A DNA stretch of 63,464 bases, filler included, from Sphacelaria rigidula (taxonomy: Eukaryota): assembly GCA_964200075.2 (NCBI GenBank). It is 5 parts of 5 records of this genome, joined end to end, with 100 filler letters (N's around TTAATTAATTAA, not from the genome) between each part and the next. Parts side by side here need not be neighbours in the genome. Positions count along the whole stretch, not along the records: positions 50,854 to 63,464 come from CAXNAA020003572.1; 4 more parts are not named here. One strand, written 5' to 3'. How positions within the stretch are numbered: the first letter of the stretch is position 1; the number at the start of each line of letters is the position of its first letter. A model generated the notes under the pieces. It saw only the letters and a list, made by a program, of their open reading frames with translations. It searched no databases and had not been told where the DNA came from. Shown here in pieces: positions 52,128 to 63,464 of this stretch. Position numbers and translations under genes: made by a program.

Positions 52128-55100
52128 ATGCTATCTGGAGTCTTGCCTGGCCTGCTGCAACTGCACGCGATGAAGCTCGCCTCTGTGTTCGCACTATGGA
52201 GCTCCGGCGCTGATATTTCACGTAACCACATACGTGTCGATTGCCAAGCTGTCACTACGTAGCCCCCTCGTATGCTATGTTTTGCTTGGGCTCTCCATTT
52301 TTGCAAAGCTGCAGTGCTTTGAAAATGATCTCTATACTATAGTAGGTTATCTGACCGATAGCCTCGATTGTATTCGCTCACTGTAATCAGGGGTAAATCG
52401 CGACCTCCAGGGCGAGCGTCGGTGTCTTCCGCAAGCAAGGATTTAGCAGTGCAAGATCGACGGGAATGTAGCACACGAATGGATGGCGGGAAATGTAGTG
52501 TCCCACGGGGAGTTCCTCGACATGTCGCCGTAATCATGGATGGCCATAGGAGATTTGGACGCGCAAAGTATGGCGATCCACTCAAGGTATGTCGTCACGT
52601 ACCAGCATAATTTGTTGTTGATAAGGGCTGTGGATACTGTCCACTGCTGAAGATTTGCTTCTGGGCTGCGAATCACAAAATCCCCATGACATGCTGCGGA
52701 CGCAATGCTAAGAGAGGAGGAGAGCGCTGTCCTTGTCTTCGCTACCAAGTATCAACAACGGTTGATGTGATGGCCAGGGCCGCTTTGTCTGTTTCTTTTG
52801 TACCTTTCAAATATATGAATTGTCCCTGACTGATTTCGGAATACTCCTTTATTTCACAAGACATGACTACTGGTGGTAAGCTAGATCCGCCACACTCGTC
52901 GGCTCCGCGCATTCGGATCGTATCTCCCTTTCCGTAAGCGCATGCTTTTGTGCTCTGATGAAGGTGTCCAATATTTTCTCATCAGCATTTCACTCGTCTC
53001 CTTGCATCGCCAGGGGCACTCTGATGGAGGCAAAAAGCTGGGAGAGTTCTTGGGTTGGTGCATCGAAGCTGGAGTTGAAATGGCGACTGCATTTGCGTTC
53101 TCCACTGAGAACTGGAAGCGAGATGAAGTCGAGGTAGGCACTACAAATTATCAATTTGTGAAGGGAACCTTACTTGTTTCAGCACCTATGGACCAGGGTA
53201 CGGGAGTGCTCTTGATGGAGTAGATACCTTGCACGGGTGTTTGGGGTATGCTATGCTACGCTAGGTACCATAGGTTTCTAGTTTTTTTTCCTCTTGAATC
53301 CCAAGTGTACGAGGGCATCAACTGCCCACAATACTCAGTATTCGAGGTCGCCTAGAGTGCAGACTCCCCCGGTTACTCAATACTCCAGGGATACCTCGGA
53401 TATCGACTGGAGGAAATGGGGGTACACCGTGGCCTTCCTTCTTGCTTCGGAACCTTGCTTTTCCGAAAAGTGTTGCGTGTCGCAAACCCAGTTGGCGCAC
53501 TGCCAATGTTGTCCCCCTCCCCTACTTGTTCCGCTCATCGTTTCGATTCTGTGACCGGTTAGATTTTTTGCTAAGGCCATTGCTAGTGCTTACGAAAAGT
53601 GCCAAGATAGATGCTGCTGACAAAGGTTCCCGAAATGGCTTGAAACGTAGACATGATGACTTCTGGCGGCATTCCATCTTGGCATGTATCCACGATCAAG
53701 ACTAGATACTACACCCAATACAGATGTTTATCCAGTACCTAGCAGGGTACAGAGAGTGTGGAAGCCTGTCCGTGCGATTCCTCTGACACACGCGCTGACC
53801 CCGCCTTTATATTTTCACGTATGAACTCACATGCCCAGTACGTAAATACACAATTGCAAAGGCGGTCAAGATGAGGTATCTTACCCTAGGTTCCTTGGCT
53901 TTCCAGCCTATGTTCAGCACCTGATATACCAGAGTACCGAAGACATGGAAGGATTCATCGTGAGGTTCAAAACCTGCACTACTGCTGGGGTGCGTCCCGT
54001 ACAGTTTTCTGCCGAAACATCCACGTCGACAATCTTCCGACGAACTTTCACTTGGGCGTACCCCAGCCTGGTCCCAGTGCTTGAGAAACGAAAGTGTTCC
54101 CAGTGATTCCTCACGCGAGGTCTGCGACTTGGGATCTAAAATTTTGACGGAAGGCGCGCATCAATCATCGGGGGCCATCAGGGCTGATGTTTTTTTTTCC
54201 GGCGCTGGGTCCACTTGACTGAAATTCTGAAAAATATCCGCCCTGGAGTCTGGAACAACATGAAAAACTATAGTAGTAATGACCTTCAAATGGTTGATGC
54301 GCATGTTTCGTCAAGATTCCAGGTTCCGAATTCTCCAACCTCCTCCGCTTGAGGAATCCAAAATATGTTCCTTCCTAAGGGCTGAGGGCTTGGAAATCCA
54401 CTCATTATCAGGACTTTTCCCAAAATATTTGTCCGTAGAATAACTTTCGAACGACAAGTTGGGTGTCGAAACAGGTATGGTTGTTCTCGTGTTGGTGTCA
54501 GCAAAAAAGCACACAAAATTGAAGGTCAATCGAGCAAGATTCAGTTCCGTTGTATTCAATTCAATCCGTCTCCTGACAGCCGTTGCCAGGCCGTGTCGGC
54601 TATGGCAGCATAGTGCAGGATGATGAAAGTGCCCTAACGATCGACCAGACCGCGCGGTGCACTCTTGAGCGGTTCCACAGTAGCAGGAAACCTGCCCTGC
54701 GCAATCTTTTGCTGCTGCTCGGGCTGTTTACCCAGGAGATATTTTGATATCGAGGGGGGCGGCAACTCGGTTACGTCATGGTATGGCATCGCAACTTCTA
54801 TTTGTCATGGGGCGTACAGCAAAAAACGTGACGTAGTACCCCACTCGTTTCCTCTACTGATACCACTACACCGCGGTTTGCTAATCTTGATTTTGCCTCT
54901 GTCTCCAGGACGCAAGTACCCCAGTGCAACTGCGTGTTCGTTGCGACTTTCAGGGCACTGCGCTCGCCTGTTATCGCGCCAATAGCATTGTCAGACGCCA
55001 CGAAGGATATGCATTCCCGGACTGTGTGACGTAAAGAGACGGTTTTTGCGCGGCAGCAGCGAAAAATGAGGTATATTGCCAGGTCTTCTCTTTGATCCTT

Positions 55101-58100
55101 TTCGAGCTGTTGTTACCTCTCATCGGTATTTTTTGTGTGACGTTTGCCCATTCAACGGCCACAGGTATCAACGCTCATGGATCTTGTGTGTAAAGCATGC
55201 GGGGAACTAATGGAGGATGCGGTCAAGAAGAACATGCGGATACGAGTGCTTTCAACTGACAAGACAATGGTGACTTCTCAAATTAATTAGAATGACTAAC
55301 CGCTCCGAGAGTGGCATGGTCGCTCTGCGTCCATGAAGATGTGGGTCACGCATTAGTTCTCAATGGAAAAGAGCAATAAGTCACACAAGCTCAGTCCATG
55401 GTAGCGTATGTGTTTGTAAAATACAGTTCTCGAGCTTGCACAGAAGCGTTGCTGGGCGCATCTGAATGCCATAACACCTGTATGACCATGTTTCTATACC
55501 AAGAGGTAAACTCGACGCTAGAAAATGCCCGAGGTTCTGCGTCGGTTTGTATCGTAACGTGTTAGGGCTGATGCGACGTTGTTCACAAAGTGTAAGCTAA
55601 ATTGCCGCGTGCGTGCCAAGATTCAAGTGCGTGAGCCACGAACTGCGCATGCCCAAAAATCCATGATTTGGCTAACAAGCTGGTCCCAACGCGTAGCATG
55701 CACATGTGCCTCACCGCCTTCGTCCACGAGCAGCTTCCAGAACGTGTGCTGGAGGCGGTGAAGAGAACCGAACATGAAACCCGGGATTGTAGCGGGTTTC
55801 TGTTCAACATCTGTCTGAGCTATGGTGCTCGCCAGGAAATGGCCAATGCGTGCCAGAAGATCGCGGCCGACGTCAGGAGGTAAGTCGTGGGGATACTGTG
55901 CATTTAATAAATATCATGGTATGTGTGTTATGGTACTGGATTGTGACGAATTCCTGATCGTTCTTCCCTGCCCGGGAGCTACATGTAAACGTTTGGGATA
56001 TTTCCCTCTCCAAGGTTATGTTTGCTCGTGTAGGAGGCCATGCCCATTGTTGCTCGCTACGGGTGAGTGTATGACTGGTTGTCATCTGTCCTTGGCCGCA
56101 GGTCGCGACTGTGGATTGAGTTCCTATGCCAACCACCTCAAGTTTATATATTCTTAGTGTCTTGAAGACCAGCAACAATTTAGTCCCGGAGCGTGTATAG
56201 AACCTTCGAGAGCCAATCTTACTGTCGTCGCCCCCGTTCTCCCGCTTAGCATTACACGTTTCGGTCGTGGACAAGTCTAAAAAGTGGCCAAAACCATGTT
56301 CAAGAGGAACTTCTCCCTGTATGACGTGCACTCCATTTGTTTTGCGCGTGAGGTGTTGCAGTTTTTGATGGATACACTTGCATGCGCTCACCCTGTTAAA
56401 ACGTATGCGTTGGGTGCAGGGGATTCTTTCAGTTCCCTGTACCTACTTCGATGTTTTCGAAAAACCTTGGTCATCACGGCGAGTCTTTCGCGTGACTATG
56501 GCGCATTTCCACTAGGGATTCCTCCCCCGGACCACATGCACCCGACAATCGTCGTCACGATACTATTGCGGCTTGATTCAGAGTGCCTCTAAGGTTGCCA
56601 GAGCTGGCCATTTTTTCTCATCTGTAGCTGCAGAACCCCAGTGCGTGTCGACCCTCCGTACTACACGTTTTTTCATTCTTTCGGCGTACACTGAAGGTAG
56701 GAATGCTTCTTGCGACGACGCCTGCGGTTGTACAGGCATTGGGCAGCGGAGGCTGGTCAAAAGTGACGCATAGCTCACGTATTGATATTTGCTCGATTTA
56801 AGCTTAGGCACCGCACGTCGTCACGACCCCATTCCGATAGTAAATGCATTATCTCCATATGATCATCTTGATTTCAGCATACCTACATGGTCCAAATACC
56901 CAATTCCTGCATTCGAAGAAATAGTTCCGCCGGACTGTTAGCCTGAAAACCGCGTTGAATCCCGAGTCAGTGCCATCAAAGGGTTCATTCACATACGGCG
57001 GTGGTGTAGCGCATTGACACCGCGACATGATTCTGATGAAGCGTTAGTCAGTGATGTCTCGTCATGATATCACGAAAATGTGTTTGTCGCGAGAAGTCTG
57101 TTGGATTAGGGGAGAGCACAGTACGAGCTTTGACTGACCAACATCAGTATGTTACTTACGCGAGCAGCGGTGTGCTGCCTTTGCACATGGTGGACGAGGC
57201 GACTGTGGAGCGGAACCTTCTGACTGCTGGCCTTCCCGATCCTGATATTCTTATTCGTACTTCCGGCGAAAAAAGGGTAAGGCGCAAAAGGCGCGGACGA
57301 GAGTGTCACATAGATTTACTGTGAATCGAGACAACATGGGGCGGGCGTCGCTTGAAGCGGTGCTGTGTGATCTTGGCCGCAGACCCATTACCATTTCCGA
57401 AGCAATCACTTATCGTAAGAGCCTGTTGATTGTTCTGGTCGGTGCTGGCGGTGGTATGCTGCGAGTTAAAACACCCGTCACCCGCAATGGCACACCGAAT
57501 GCGATCATCGGCCGAGAAATAAAACCACTAGCGCTAGTGCTTGCTAGCTAATCAGTGTGCCGTGCAACCTTTGCTGCGATTCTGAAGTTACTTGGATTCA
57601 TGTGAGATTTTCGTGTGCGAGCGAAGCTCTCGTGGTTTATACCTTCGATACTACTTCCAAATTTGCTCAGAGCCGCGCTCGTGTCGTCTACGCTGTGTTG
57701 ATGTACAGGTCAGCAACTTCCTCCTTTTCCAGATGGCGTACACGGAGCTGTTTTTTGTCGACAAATTATGGCCAGAGGTGACCCAGGATGACATCACCAA
57801 CATTTTCGAAGCATACAAGGCTAGGGAACGCAGGTGATGAACACGGAAACATATCCTTTCGGCGTACAGATCGATAGAGCTACTTGTTTGGTGACCAGCA
57901 GTTGCTTCCCCTTGAATCGAAAATGGTTCGTCTAATGCTGTCGTCAGTTTTCCGGCGATTTTTCAGATTTATGGCTCTGGTGTCTCATCTATTGCACGAG
58001 CAGTGTATAGTATTGACGTGCCTTACCATGTGTATCGCACGAACAAGATATCCTTCATTGTCTGAGGCTGTGCATGTTTCTACAGACTGGTTCACGCTCA

Positions 58101-59382
58101 TCATACGAAATTCACTCATCCGCAAATCTTCACGCCGATTGGAGTCAGACTCTGATATTATGGATATGCTTTGGAATATTACGAAACTTCGGATGAATGG
58201 GGTCTCTCGACTTTTTATTTACCACTAGTTTTCGGGGGTCCCAGAAGGTCGTGCAGCTGGCTCCCCAGGACCGTGGGACCCCGGATCACTGGTGAAAATA
58301 TAAAGGTCGAAGACCTCGTTCGCAAACAATTTCGTTATATTCCAAAGTGTTAGCGGAAATGTCCAGAGTCAAACTCTCAAAACGGCGTGAAACATTCGCG
58401 CTATTGTGCGATGAAGTGTGCTTGAAACGTGCAAACTTCCATCTACTTGATATTAATATGAAACCGTCTTTTTCGGGCGTGTTCAACGTTGATGCAAGAC
58501 AAACTGCTTGTCGTTTTCGAGTTTCGCAACCAAACCTCGTACATTTGTTCCTGAACGACCCCCGGAGGCTTTTTTTTTTCTGAGGTATTCCATACCGGCT
58601 TCCGGGGTCCTCATTGTGGAAACCCCGCAGGCTGGTAAAGAATGGAGAAGCTTCGGAATATTTTCAACAATACATTATTTCCATTTGGAGCATCAATGCC
58701 CACACAGCTGCCAAGTTTCAGGGCGATCTCAGCTTTTCTACGACAGGTAAAAAGGAAGTGGTCGGGAGGCTTCCTGGGTCTGCTGTGCATATCATCAGCG
58801 GAAGTCCGACGACACCAATACCCGACATCACGGAGATAGCACGGGTTAGGGTAGAACTCGATTCCCTAGAAATTGTTTCCAAGTGTAAATACTTTCCGTT
58901 AGATGCCCGAGCTGATGACGGTTTGTGTAATTTGAAGCATGTGGACATTGGGTAGAAAACTGCGTTGGAAACTCATATTTCAAATTTCACAACAGCTTGA
59001 AAGCGGCTGATTGTTCGAGGTACCTTCTCGCTCACAGCGCCACCGCTACAGCCTTGAACAAAATCCATCACCCCCTTCAGTTGTCCACGGCGGTCAGTAT
59101 ATTAATACCATGCATGTATGCGACTATTGGGTAGGCATTGCGAAAGGAATCTGCTGACAAAATTTTGGATAATAAACGCGAACCAGCCTGTATGACATGA
59201 AATCTGGCGGAACGACACGGGGCAACCCACCGTCAGTCACAACATACGTCCTTAGCTCCTAGTCATGTAGGTATTCATTGGTGATGCTGGTTTGATATCA
59301 CGGCCACCAAGTAGATCCCTTACATGTTTTTCGCCTCGGCGATTGCACGTTGATGCGGATGTGTGGCAGGTTTGGATGCTGA
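52128..59382 (+). CDS. cis-prenyltransferase (UPPS / dehydrodolichyl diphosphate synthase family)
   Basis: Exons 52128-52258 (uncertain), 52391-52586, 53014-53133, 55165-55269, 55734-55879, 57168-57276, 57709-57833 and 59370-59382. Motifs [59 protein letters not shown], LWPE and C-terminal RERRFGC. Confidence 0.95.
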
Positions 59383-61387
59383 TACGCATGGACAGATGTG
59401 GCCTGGTTGCAGGTGCTCAATCCACAACAACGGTACAGAAATTGGTCGGGACAGGTCCTGCTCAGCGATAAGTGATTGGAAATCGTTACAGAGCTGCCCG
59501 TTGCTGGGAAACTCTTCTGCCCTGGGTAGTGGCGGCTTGAAGGAACCCAGTAGTAGATGTGAATCGGGTCGGACGCAGGAACTTCACGGCCAAGGCGCTG
59601 GGGTTTTCCCTGAATTGGAGAGGAGTACGGCGTGACAATGTGCGCATCAGCTGTGTTTCCTTGATAGACTCACGTTCTGATCGTCCAGCAATCCCTCGTC
59701 ACCACATAGATGTTCATGCAGAATAATTTTTCCCAGCATACTTGGGATTTCAGCCTTGCATATGTGGTGGTAATAATAGTTGCCTGTACAGCACCGGAGC
59801 CATGATTCATTGGGTGGTTTCCATCTGAGTTGGCGACAAAAATCGTGGAATACGCTGTAGTTTTGTATGTGAAAAGTTCTTCCATTGAAAGGAGAATGTT
59901 GATACAAGATGATTTCTCTTCATCAAACATCTGTCTAGCTTACGGTGAGTGTGTCCTCAGTATGCGTCTACTAGCTGATGAATATTTATTTTTATACGAA
60001 GTATTTCATACTCAGAATAGTACATTCACAGTTTTCAGTTGGTGTATGAAGAGGGTTTCATTGTGCAGGAAGATGCTGCTCCATATGTTCGTTCGTCATC
60101 CGTTGTTTCGTTCATTCTGAAACGTGTCAGATTTGAGTATACCGCGAACGATTCAAAACATTTTGGATTCAAGCATTTTGAGGAAAATATACAACATGCT
60201 GAAAAAATGACCCCCCTCCTTCACCCTGGAGTAGGTATGTGTCGTTGAACCGTACCAGCAGGTGCGACCAGATCGTTTTTGTTTTGAAAGAGGAACCCGA
60301 CTGTGCTGGGCGCGGGTTCCTTTTGATGTAGGTCGCCTCATGACGTGTGCTCACTAGACGCACTCGAATTCTGGAATACGAAGAATAGTTGGCTAGAAGT
60401 AACCCAATAAGAGGTGATTTTCATGGCATGGAAAAATGTTTTGAAGAACTTGAGTGACTGCATGTATGAACAGTTCGTTAGTGCTTCATCGGTCGGTGGT
60501 GGGACACGAGAAATGGCAGACGAAGGAGAGACTACCGCTCGCACTACTGTACTGATGGTTGCGGCAGTCTGGATGCCCAAGAGCAGATACGTTTGATTGC
60601 TACTTCCTTTCTAGTTTGTGGAGCACAGATGGGGGTATTATTGTGAAAAACCTTGTCGCCAGAATGGGTGCCTAGCATTTGATCTAGAGTGAGTTGAATG
60701 GTTCGCTTGTACTCGACCAGTTTTTTCATCTTGTGTGTGCGTGTTTTGCCTGTAACGTTGCATGCGTACAGCCACACGTCGATATTGTACTAAAGGGATG
60801 TGAGAGACCTCAGTGTCGAGGTATATAAGGCCTCGTATTCTTGAAGGGGCATTTGGCACTAAAACTGTTTCAGGCATTGTTGAGCAAAATTCAATCAACT
60901 TTGGGAATCAGGAGTTATGGATTTTTGTAATTTTCAAGTTAAAATGGCGCCGATTCGCAAGAACAAAAATCGTCGAATGGCTCCCAAAGGGTTGATTAGC
61001 GAGGCCAATGCAAAAAAAATATGCGTTGGATTCTTCCACGGCGAAAAAATTTCCTCAGAGCCGCCCCTTGACTGGTTTGGCGAGGTAATCCCCAAGAGCA
61101 ATCTGTCGATATATGGAAGAATATTTCCGAGTATTATGGGTCCTCACTCTCAGTCAAACGCTAGACTCTTGAGCTGGCGAAAAGGTTGTGCAAGAATGTC
61201 TTTTTTTCGTTTGTCCGTCGTTTTGCGTTCGTGTGTTCGTAACCAATCGTCTTGGTTTCAGTGTATATCAGTGTATACTGCGACTGTTTTGAAACGTACA
61301 GGCTTTAGGCAGCTCCATACGGTGCACACTTGAGTTGAAAAAAAATCGGCACAGTGAATTAATTCAACAGTACACATCGCACATATC

Positions 61388-63195
61388 CAAGGGTAGGTCG
61401 AGTAGAGTATACTCAATACTCAGTATTTTTGAAGAGTCATACTTCTAGTACTTGAAATTTGATTAGAGTATTGGAAGCCGTACTTAACGTACTCAAAATT
61501 TGAGTAGAGTTTTTGGGGCAATACTCGACCTCCTCGAAATTTGAGTAGAGTATCCAGGTCATACTCGAGTGATACCCTAGAGTAATGCTACGGTAGGGGT
61601 GCACTTTTTGCGCGAATTGTTGTCTGGTTCAGGGGCTACTAACTATTCTAGATTGCACAAGAATAGGGATCAGGGCATCCCCCGTTTGCAAATTCGTTCG
61701 GGATATCTCCAGCACATTGAATGAGTAACCCTAGCGTACTCTCACATATTCCGTAAGAGGTGCTTTGGATGAGATACAAGGCTCCTAACAATTCTAACCT
61801 CAGAAAATATTTGTGCACCCCTACCGTAGCATCACTCCTTAGTATACTCCAGTATCACTGAGAGTGCTTACTCAATATTTGAGTAAAGTATTTGAGGTTG
61901 TACTCGACTTACTCAAAATTTGAGTAGAGTTTTTGGGGCATTACTCGACCTACTCAAATTTTGAGTAGAGTATTCAGGTCATACTCAAGGGATACTCTAT
62001 ACTCAAGGATCACTGAGAGTACTTACTCAATATTTGAGTAGAGTATTTGAGGTCGTACTCGACCTACTCAAATTTTGAGTAGAGTATCTGAGGCCGGATC
62101 CGATGTACCGAAAACATATACAGTAGCTTCAACTTCAATATTCAAGTTCTTACGCAAGATACTCAAATTCGGGTAGAGGAAATACCGAGGTATTCCTAGA
62201 GTTGCCCGTCCATGATGAGTGTTGATTCGAGGTCAAACTGTCTTGTCAAATCGTGGCCAGTAGAGTCGCTCATTTTGATGATACCTACTCGACTACTCGA
62301 TTACCCGATAACTCGGTTACTCGATGAGTAGCGCTCTGTACTGTAAGTGATATCGAAGGCGTTAAGAGGTATCGAGTATGAACTGCCGTGGGTGGGGGCT
62401 GGTGAGATGGGGCGCTGGGGCAAGTAGGTTCGTTTACCTGCAAGGTTCTCGATTTTTTTATGGCCATCATTCGCTCGTACTCCTTTTTGGCTGTGATGTA
62501 ATGCCGCCCATCTAATCGATGGCCATCGTTCGCCCATGCATTCAACATCGTCTGTGTACTGACGTCACGAAGTAGCCGACTGTCAGGGGTACTCACCATA
62601 CCCAAGGGGTACTCTATATTCAAGTAATACTGAGAGTGCTTACTCAATATTTGAGTAGAGTATTTGAGGTCGTACTCAACCTACTCAAAATTTGAGTAGA
62701 GTATTCGAGACCATACTCAACCTACTCGAAATTTGAGAAGAGTATTTGAGGCCGTACTCGACCTACTCAAAATTAGAGTAAAGTATTCAGGTCATACTCA
62801 AGTGATACTCTATACCCGAGTATTACTGGGAGTACTTACTCAATATTTGAGTAGAGTATTTGAGACCATACCCAATCTACTCAAAATTTGGGTAGAGTAT
62901 ATGAGGCCATACTCAACCTACTCAAAATTTGAGTAGAGTATTCAGGTCATACTCGAGTGATACTCTATACTCAAGTATTACAGAGAGTGCTTACTCAATA
63001 TTTGAGTAGAGTATATGAGGTCGTACTCGACCTACTCAAATTCTGAGTAGAGTATTGGAGGCCATACTCGAACTACTCAAAATTTGAGTAGAGTATTTCA
63101 GGCCATACTCGACGTGCTCAAACGTCGAGTAGAGTAAATACTTGAGTATTTTACTCGAGTACTCAAGAGTACATACTCTACTCGACCTACCCTTA
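61388..63195. mobile_element. Non-autonomous hAT-like element filled with palindromic about 42-bp tandem repeats
   Basis: TIR AAGGGTAGGTCGAGTAGAGTA / TACTCTACTCGACCTACCCTT. 8-bp TSD CACATATC (61380-61387) / CACAGATC (63196-63203). Arrays of TACTCAAAATTTGAGTAGAGTATT.GAGG.C.TACTC.ACC on both sides of a non-repetitive core. Confidence 0.85.
61580..61838. mobile_element. MITE nested in the hAT-like element
   Basis: TIR GAGTAATGCTACGGTAGGGGTGCAC / GTGCACCCCTACCGTAGCATCACTC. It interrupts a repeat unit GTGATACTCTA|TACTCAAGTATCACTGAG. Same family as 1-153. Confidence 0.8.
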
Positions 63196-63464
63196 CACAG
63201 ATCGATGCCATCCTGATATCAGCCTCACTGCGATCCTTGTACCAGATAAACCCCCGTCGATCACCAGGGTACGTCGAGATCTGAATACTGCGATGCACTG
63301 CTGATGCGATCATGTGATCCGATTATCGACTCTGTACACTGGAGACCATCTGCTCCCAGCATCCGCACACGTCAGATCCCGTCACCCTTTAACAGCCGAT
63401 TTTAAATTTTGGGGTTCATACAAAATATGGGGCTGAAGTGGCATATCTGTCTTGCACGGAAGAC

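Noticed and set aside
47683..59382. Single gene joining the 47683-50407 exons to the cis-prenyltransferase
   Set aside because: They are separated by an artificial spacer between unrelated contigs.
39529..59382. Functional cluster of frataxin and cis-prenyltransferase
   Set aside because: The genes lie on different contigs, so their adjacency is artificial.
59640..61340. Possible decayed transposase or viral ORFs
   Set aside because: Only short ORFs with no motif I can recognise, so no call is supportable.
61420..63120. CRISPR-like array of palindromic repeats
   Set aside because: Units are contiguous with no unique spacers, there are no cas genes, the context is eukaryotic, and the array is bounded by TIR and TSD.

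Overview
Eukaryotic genomic DNA, most likely from a brown alga (Phaeophyceae). This is inferred from short exons, long GT-AG introns and stramenopile-like proteins. The window is not one locus. It is five contigs of 12616, 12613, 12613, 12611 and 12611 bp, joined in descending length order by identical 100-nt spacers (44N-TTAATTAATTAA-44N), so nothing should be linked across the gaps. Exon chains rebuilt by hand with consistent splice phases give: a complete frataxin gene (39529-44082), a cis-prenyltransferase gene (about 52128-59382), a truncated multi-pass membrane protein (25914-about 37270), an EF-hand-like repeat protein (346-5365), a low-complexity/coiled-coil protein on the minus strand (6073-10342) and the 5' end of an unknown gene (47683-50407). 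Introns and intergenic DNA are dense with mobile elements: two tRNA-derived SINE families, hAT-like non-autonomous elements with 8-bp TSDs, foldback elements, MITEs, probable LINE 3' tails and an RTE-like LINE fragment. I found no clear new multi-gene system. The most unusual items are a spacerless inverted duplication of an exon-like sequence, a TIR element with a 13-15 bp target duplication, a triple-nested insertion, a hAT-like element filled with palindromic tandem repeats, and a DGN>DGH change in the cis-prenyltransferase catalytic motif.
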